From: Thermoanaerobaculia bacterium | Lineage (GTDB): Bacteria > Acidobacteriota > Thermoanaerobaculia > UBA5066 | Direction: 5' to 3' | DNA length: 64,000 nt | NCBI GenBank assembly: GCA_963719225.1 | Contig: CAVRAY010000001.1 | Coordinates: forward strand, 3,168,001-3,232,000 | Part shown: positions 59,730 to 64,000 of the stretch, in pieces | How the letters are laid out: the number at the start of each line of letters is the position of its first letter | Numbering within the stretch: the stretch's first letter is position 1 | Program-made: the position numbers and the translations under genes | The notes under the pieces: model-generated | The model's database searches: none | What the model saw: only the letters and a program-made list of their open reading frames with translations | Told to the model about the DNA's origin: nothing

Positions 59730-59875
59730 ACGGAGGAGAATCCTCGAGCCCGCTATGCGACAGGGCTTCACGGCCCGGACCCGCGCGTCTAGTAAGAGGC
59801 AGCTCCCGACGAATCACTTTCATGAAGGCGGGCTCTGCCCGATCCTCGAATATCAGGGTGATCAACCGTCGAGAA
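59730..59875 (+). ncRNA. Predicted bridge/seek RNA with a target-binding loop and a donor-binding loop
   Basis: Two stem-internal loop-hairpin units whose loop strands match the empty target site (GCCCGCTA, CTAG) and the circle junction (CTTTcaTGA, ATATCAG); ends approximate. Confidence 0.7.
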
Positions 59876-59962
59876 AACCCTCTCGGTCGCTGACTGGTCG
59901 ACTCACGAAAGGAACTTCGAAGAATCCGAAAAACTCATCCCAACTCGACCCGTCGTTCCATA

Positions 59963-60340
59963 TCAGCGGGCCGGTATGCCCGGCTCATGAATAGAATCCA
60001 TCTTTCCGTTGAACGTGAGCGCCTCTGTGGCGTCGACTCCACCAAGCTGGAACGAAGAAATCAGCGCGTCGGAAATCTCGATACGTTTGAAAACTCCCCC
60101 GTTTTCTCTTGCGTAATCGATGACCGCGAGAGACACATGTCGTCCGGAGCGACATATGTCATAAAGCTGCCGCGAAGTGCTGTCGGCCACCTTCCTCAGG
60201 GAGATCTCTCCTTTCCCCTGCGGATTCGCGCTTATCAGTTCGATCCAGGAGTGGTGAGCGGGCTCCTTCACTTCACCTTTGATATCTCCGACTTTGAGGT
60301 ATATGAGTAATTTAACCCCCGCCCCCGTCGTCCAACCCAT
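59963..60340 (-). CDS. hcp: Orphan compact Hcp-like (T6SS tube) protein
   Basis: YLKVGDIKGE....H..WIE..S, ISLRK..D..S..LY..C.SG.H, DALISS, E.LTFN; low GC. Confidence 0.7.
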   Translation of the reverse strand: MGWTTGAGVKLLIYLKVGDIKGEVKEPAHHSWIELISANPQGKGEISLRKVADSTSRQLYDICRSGRHVSLAVIDYARENGGVFKRIEISDALISSFQLGGVDATEALTFNGKMDSIHEPGIPAR

Positions 60341-60457
60341 TGCGTCCTCCCGCTATCAGGAATCAGTCTCAGTTAGTTTACCAGCCTGACTCTGCGGGAT
60401 TTGGGGGAAGCCGGGCCGTCGCCGGCCCTCGAGCCGGTCACCTAGAATCCCCGCACG

Positions 60458-61978
60458 ATGCCCGCCGTTCGCAACGAGAGAGCCGGGGGCGGCTCCGCCT
60501 ACCCCTGGTACGTTCTCGTCGTCCTCGTTCTCGTCTACGTCGTCAACTTCATCGACCGCCAGATCGTCGCGATCCTCGCCGAACGCATCAAGGCCGACCT
60601 GAAGCTCACCGACGCGCAGCTCGGCTTTCTCTACGGCACGGTCTTCGCCGTGTTCTTCGCGGTCTTCGCGATTCCGCTCGGCCGCCTCGCGGATGCCTGG
60701 GACCGGCGGCGCCTCATCGCATGGGGTACGGCGTTCTGGAGCCTCATGACCGCGCTCTCGGGCCTCGCGCGCGGCTTCGGACCGCTCGCGCTCGCGCGCA
60801 TCGGCGTCGGGGCGGGCGAAGCGACCGCCGCGCCCGCTTCCTATTCCCTCCTCTCGGACTGGTTTCCCGCGGAGAAGCGCGCTGCCGTGCTCGGTTTTTT
60901 CTCGAGCGGCATCTTCATCGGAGCCGGCCTCAGCCTCGGAATCGGCGGGCTCGTCGTGGACCGCTGGGACGCGGCGTTTCCGGCCGGGACGGCTCCCTTC
61001 TCCCTTCACGGCTGGCAGGCGGCGTTTCTCGTCGTGGGTCTTCCGGGCCTCCTTCTCGCGCTGTGGGTGCGCAGTCTCGAGGAGCCGCCGCGCGGCGGCT
61101 TCGGAGCGCCAGCCACTCACGTCGAGCCGCATCCGTTTCGGCTCTTCGTTCGCGAGGTCGCCTCCCTCCTGCCGCCGTTCACGTTCTTCTCCCTCGCGCG
61201 GGCGGGTGCGGGGGCAGAGGGCCTCGCGCTCAACTTCGGGGCCGCTCTGACCCTCGCCCTCGCCGCGGTGGGTCTGACCCGCTTCCTCGGCAACCCGCCG
61301 CAGTGGGTCGCGCTCACTGCCGCGCTCTATTCCGTCTTCTCGTGGATCCAGGGACTGAGGCTGAAGAACCGTAAGGACTTCGACCTCGTCTTCCGGAACC
61401 CGCCCCTCATCCTCACGAACCTCGGATTCGGCCTCGTGACGTTCGGGACGTACGGCACGACCTTCTGGATCGTGCCGTTCTTCCTCCGCGTCCACCGACT
61501 CGACGCCGCGCGGGCGGGGCTCCTCCTGGGCGGGATGCTCGCGGCGGGCGGGTGGCTGGGGGCGACGTGCGGCGGACTCCTCGCCGACGCCTGGCAAAAA
61601 AGGACGCCGCGCGGGCGCCTCTACGTGGGCGTCGTGACGGCCGCGCTGTCGATTCCCCTCGGCTTCACTCTCGTGTCGCTTCGCTCACCTTCCGCCGCGC
61701 TCCTCCTGACGTTTCCCGCCGTCGTCCTCACCGGCCTCTGGATCGGGCCCGCGGCTTCCACCGTGCAGGGGCTCGTGCCCCCGCGCCTCAGGGCGACTGC
61801 GTCCGCGGTCTTCATCCTCCACACGACGATCCTGGGCCTCGCGATGGGCCCGTACACGATGGGGCGCCTGAGCGTCGCGACGGGCGATCTCAAGTTGGCC
61901 CTCCTCCTGGCCCTGCCGGTCCAGGCGGTCGCGGCGGCTCTCCTCTTCCTTGCCGCCCGGCGGCTCCCCCGGGCGTGA
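60458..61978 (+). CDS. MFS transporter (spinster-like)
   Basis: NFIDRQI, GRLAD...RR, RIGVG.GEA, SLLSDWFP..KR. Confidence 0.92.
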   Translation: MPAVRNERAGGGSAYPWYVLVVLVLVYVVNFIDRQIVAILAERIKADLKLTDAQLGFLYGTVFAVFFAVFAIPLGRLADAWDRRRLIAWGTAFWSLMTALSGLARGFGPLALARIGVGAGEATAAPASYSLLSDWFPAEKRAAVLGFFSSGIFIGAGLSLGIGGLVVDRWDAAFPAGTAPFSLHGWQAAFLVVGLPGLLLALWVRSLEEPPRGGFGAPATHVEPHPFRLFVREVASLLPPFTFFSLARAGAGAEGLALNFGAALTLALAAVGLTRFLGNPPQWVALTAALYSVFSWIQGLRLKNRKDFDLVFRNPPLILTNLGFGLVTFGTYGTTFWIVPFFLRVHRLDAARAGLLLGGMLAAGGWLGATCGGLLADAWQKRTPRGRLYVGVVTAALSIPLGFTLVSLRSPSAALLLTFPAVVLTGLWIGPAASTVQGLVPPRLRATASAVFILHTTILGLAMGPYTMGRLSVATGDLKLALLLALPVQAVAAALLFLAARRLPRA

Positions 61979-61991
61979 TACCTTTTCGCGC

Positions 61992-62558
61992 ATGAGAAAA
62001 CACCTCGCCCTCGCGCTCTCGGGAGCGCTTCTTCTGACCGCCACCATGAAGGGAGCATCCCCCGTGAAGAACCCGACCGTCGTCATGAAGACCTCCCTCG
62101 GGAGCGTCACGATCGAGCTCTATCCCGACAAGGCGCCCGAGACCGTCAAGAACTTCCTGCAGTACGTGAACGACAAGTTCTACGACGGCACGATCTTCCA
62201 TCGCGTGATCAGCAATTTCATGGTCCAGGGCGGCGGCATGGACAAGGCCATGAACAAGAAGCCGACGCGCGCCCCGATCGCGAACGAGGCGGCAAACAAG
62301 GTGAAGAACGAGCGCGGGACGGTCGCGATGGCGCGGACCTCGGAACCGAACAGTGCGACGGCCCAGTTCTTCATCAACGTGAAGGACAACGGCTTTCTGG
62401 ACTACCGCGACTCGTCTCCTCAGGGCATCGGCTACTGTGTGTTCGGGAAGGTGACGTCCGGGATGGACGTCGTGGACAAGATCAAGGAGGTCCCCACCGG
62501 CGCCCAGGACATCCCGAAAACCCAGGTCGTCATCGAGTCGATCCGCGTCGCCCCCTGA
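61992..62558 (+). CDS. ppiA: Exported cyclophilin-type peptidyl-prolyl isomerase
   Basis: APETVKNF, FHRVI..FMVQGGG, GTVAMART, SATAQFFIN, YCVFGKV. Confidence 0.93.
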   Translation: MRKHLALALSGALLLTATMKGASPVKNPTVVMKTSLGSVTIELYPDKAPETVKNFLQYVNDKFYDGTIFHRVISNFMVQGGGMDKAMNKKPTRAPIANEAANKVKNERGTVAMARTSEPNSATAQFFINVKDNGFLDYRDSSPQGIGYCVFGKVTSGMDVVDKIKEVPTGAQDIPKTQVVIESIRVAP

Positions 62559-62577
62559 CCGGAGAGAGCGTTTCTCC

Positions 62578-63759
62578 GTGTCGAGCGCCCCGCCCCCGGT
62601 CGGGTATCCGCCGCCGCCTCCTTCCGTGAGGCGGCGAAGCGTCCTCGGCCCGCTCCTCGTCGTCCTTCTCGCGGGCTGGGGAGCGTTCTATCTCCTGCGC
62701 GCAGGAGCCGTGAAGCGGGACGGCATCGGTGCCGCTCCCCCGAAGCTCTCGGGCGGCCCTGCCGCCGAGCCGCGGGCCGTCGTCGCCCGCGGCGATCTTG
62801 CCGAGGACGAGAGGGCCACGATCGCGCTCTTCAAGAACGCGAGCCCCTCCGTCGTCTACATCACGACGCTTTCGCGGCGCGCGGTCAACTTCTTCGAGAT
62901 GACGGAGGTGCCGCAGGGCACCGGCTCGGGCTTTCTATGGGACCGGCAGGGACACGTCGTCACGAATTCCCACGTCCTCGTCGGTGACTCCTTCGTCGTC
63001 ACGCTCTCGGACCAGTCGAACTGGAAGGCCACCGTCGTCGGCGTCGAGCTGGACAGGGACCTCGCCGTCCTCAGGATCTCCGCTCCTCCGGAAAAGCTGC
63101 CGCCGATCCTCGTCGGCACGAGCAAGGGGCTGCAGGTGGGGCAGAAAGTCTTCGCGATCGGGAACCCGTTCGGCCTCGACGAGACGCTCACGACGGGCGT
63201 CGTGAGCGCGCTCGGACGCACGATCCAGTCCCTGAGCGGCCGCAAGATCCAGAACGTCATCCAGACGGACGCCGCGATCAACCCCGGGAATTCCGGCGGC
63301 CCGCTTCTCGACAGCGCCGGGCGCCTGATCGGCGTGAACACGCAGATCGCGAGCCCGACCGGCGCGAGCGCGGGGATCGGCTTCGCCGTGCCCGTCGACA
63401 CCGTTAACGAGGTCGTGCCCGAGCTCATCGCGCACGGCAGGATCGTTCGCCCCCGGCTCGGCGTCGTGCCCGCCACCGAAAACATCACGCGCCAGCTCGG
63501 CGTCTCGGGCGTCCTCGTCCTCGCCGTGCAGGACGGGTCGGGTGCCGCGAAGGCCGGGCTGCGCGGCACCGAACGCGATCGGGACGGCTCGCTCGTCCTC
63601 GGCGACATCATCGTCGGCGTCGCCGGCAAGGACGTTACGAGCTACGACGACCTCGTCACCGCGCTCGAGAAACAGAGCATCGGCGACACCGTGCCCGTGA
63701 AGATCCTGAGGAACGACCGAACGGTGACCCTGAACGTGACGCTCACGGCGTCGCGCTGA
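62578..63759 (+). CDS. HtrA/DegP-like serine protease with one PDZ domain
   Basis: GTGSGF, VTNSHV, DLAVL, IQTDAAINPGNSGGPL. Confidence 0.95.
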   Translation: MSSAPPPVGYPPPPPSVRRRSVLGPLLVVLLAGWGAFYLLRAGAVKRDGIGAAPPKLSGGPAAEPRAVVARGDLAEDERATIALFKNASPSVVYITTLSRRAVNFFEMTEVPQGTGSGFLWDRQGHVVTNSHVLVGDSFVVTLSDQSNWKATVVGVELDRDLAVLRISAPPEKLPPILVGTSKGLQVGQKVFAIGNPFGLDETLTTGVVSALGRTIQSLSGRKIQNVIQTDAAINPGNSGGPLLDSAGRLIGVNTQIASPTGASAGIGFAVPVDTVNEVVPELIAHGRIVRPRLGVVPATENITRQLGVSGVLVLAVQDGSGAAKAGLRGTERDRDGSLVLGDIIVGVAGKDVTSYDDLVTALEKQSIGDTVPVKILRNDRTVTLNVTLTASR

Positions 63760-64000
63760 GCTCCGGCGGCGGCGCCGGCACCTCCCACAGAGCGACCTCG
63801 ACCCGCGCCGCGACCGGGGTCGAGCGCTCCACGACGCGTCCCACGGACACGATCCTCTTGCCGCCGGACGGCAGCTCGTCGGCATGGACTTCGATCTCGC
63901 CCCCCGCGAGCTTCATTCTCCCGGCGGGCAGCTCCCCCTTCTCCATGAGCCACGCGCGCGCCCAGTCCATGCCGGAGCGCGCAAGCTCGACGGCGTAGCG
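63743..64000 (-). CDS. 3' end of a hypothetical protein (5'-truncated by window)
   Basis: Open frame from the window edge with host-like codon usage. Confidence 0.45.
   Translation of the reverse strand, partial: RYAVELARSGMDWARAWLMEKGELPAGRMKLAGGEIEVHADELPSGGKRIVSVGRVVERSTPVAARVEVALWEVPAPPPELSATP

Larger units (their letters stand above)
58432..59966 (+). mobile_element. IS110-family (IS1111-type) insertion sequence with subterminal inverted repeats and long 3' non-coding end
   Basis: IRs ATGGAACGACCGG (58437-58449) and CCCGTCGTTCCAT (59949-59961), 12/13 match; AG core at both junctions (58430-31, 59965-66); no longer target duplication. Confidence 0.9.

Noticed and set aside
1-64000. CRISPR array, rRNA, prophage or complete T6SS cluster
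   Set aside because: No regularly spaced repeats, rRNA-like sequence, phage structural genes or tssB/C/vgrG seen; the only repeats are coding (GPNGF, SPDG, PT-rich)

Overview
This is a high-GC bacterial window. Its gene style (three VWA-domain proteins of the Acidobacterial type, a PCRxxDTR...DINGYF-tailed surface protein, and a TIGR02999-type ECF sigma/kinase pair) suggests Acidobacteriota, which is an inference. The first ~21.3 kb is accessory. It holds signal-less peptidases (an M15/LAS-type enzyme with a downstream exported partner, and two HExxH metalloproteases), a broken ECF sigma/Ser-Thr kinase pair, two tandem paralogues of an unknown family, a six-gene membrane phospho-signalling cluster (pseudokinase-FHA-PP2C converging on kinase-coiled coil-kinase), tRNA-Asp, a LysM-module duplication and tRNA-Val. 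The stretch from 21.5 to 58.4 kb is mostly housekeeping and envelope genes (sucCD, VapBC, ndk, RluA, pepP, ptrB, fabF-acpP, rfbD, qor, fumC, etc.). At 58432-59966 an IS110/IS1111-type element with a frameshifted recombinase sits exactly in the shared CTAG stop of two convergent genes. The strongest finding is in its 3' non-coding end: two consecutive stem-loops whose internal loops match the reconstructed empty target site and the element's circle junction, i.e. a readable bispecific bridge/seek guide RNA. An orphan Hcp-like gene, an MFS transporter, a cyclophilin and an HtrA protease end the window. All calls come from motif recognition by eye; no database searches were run.
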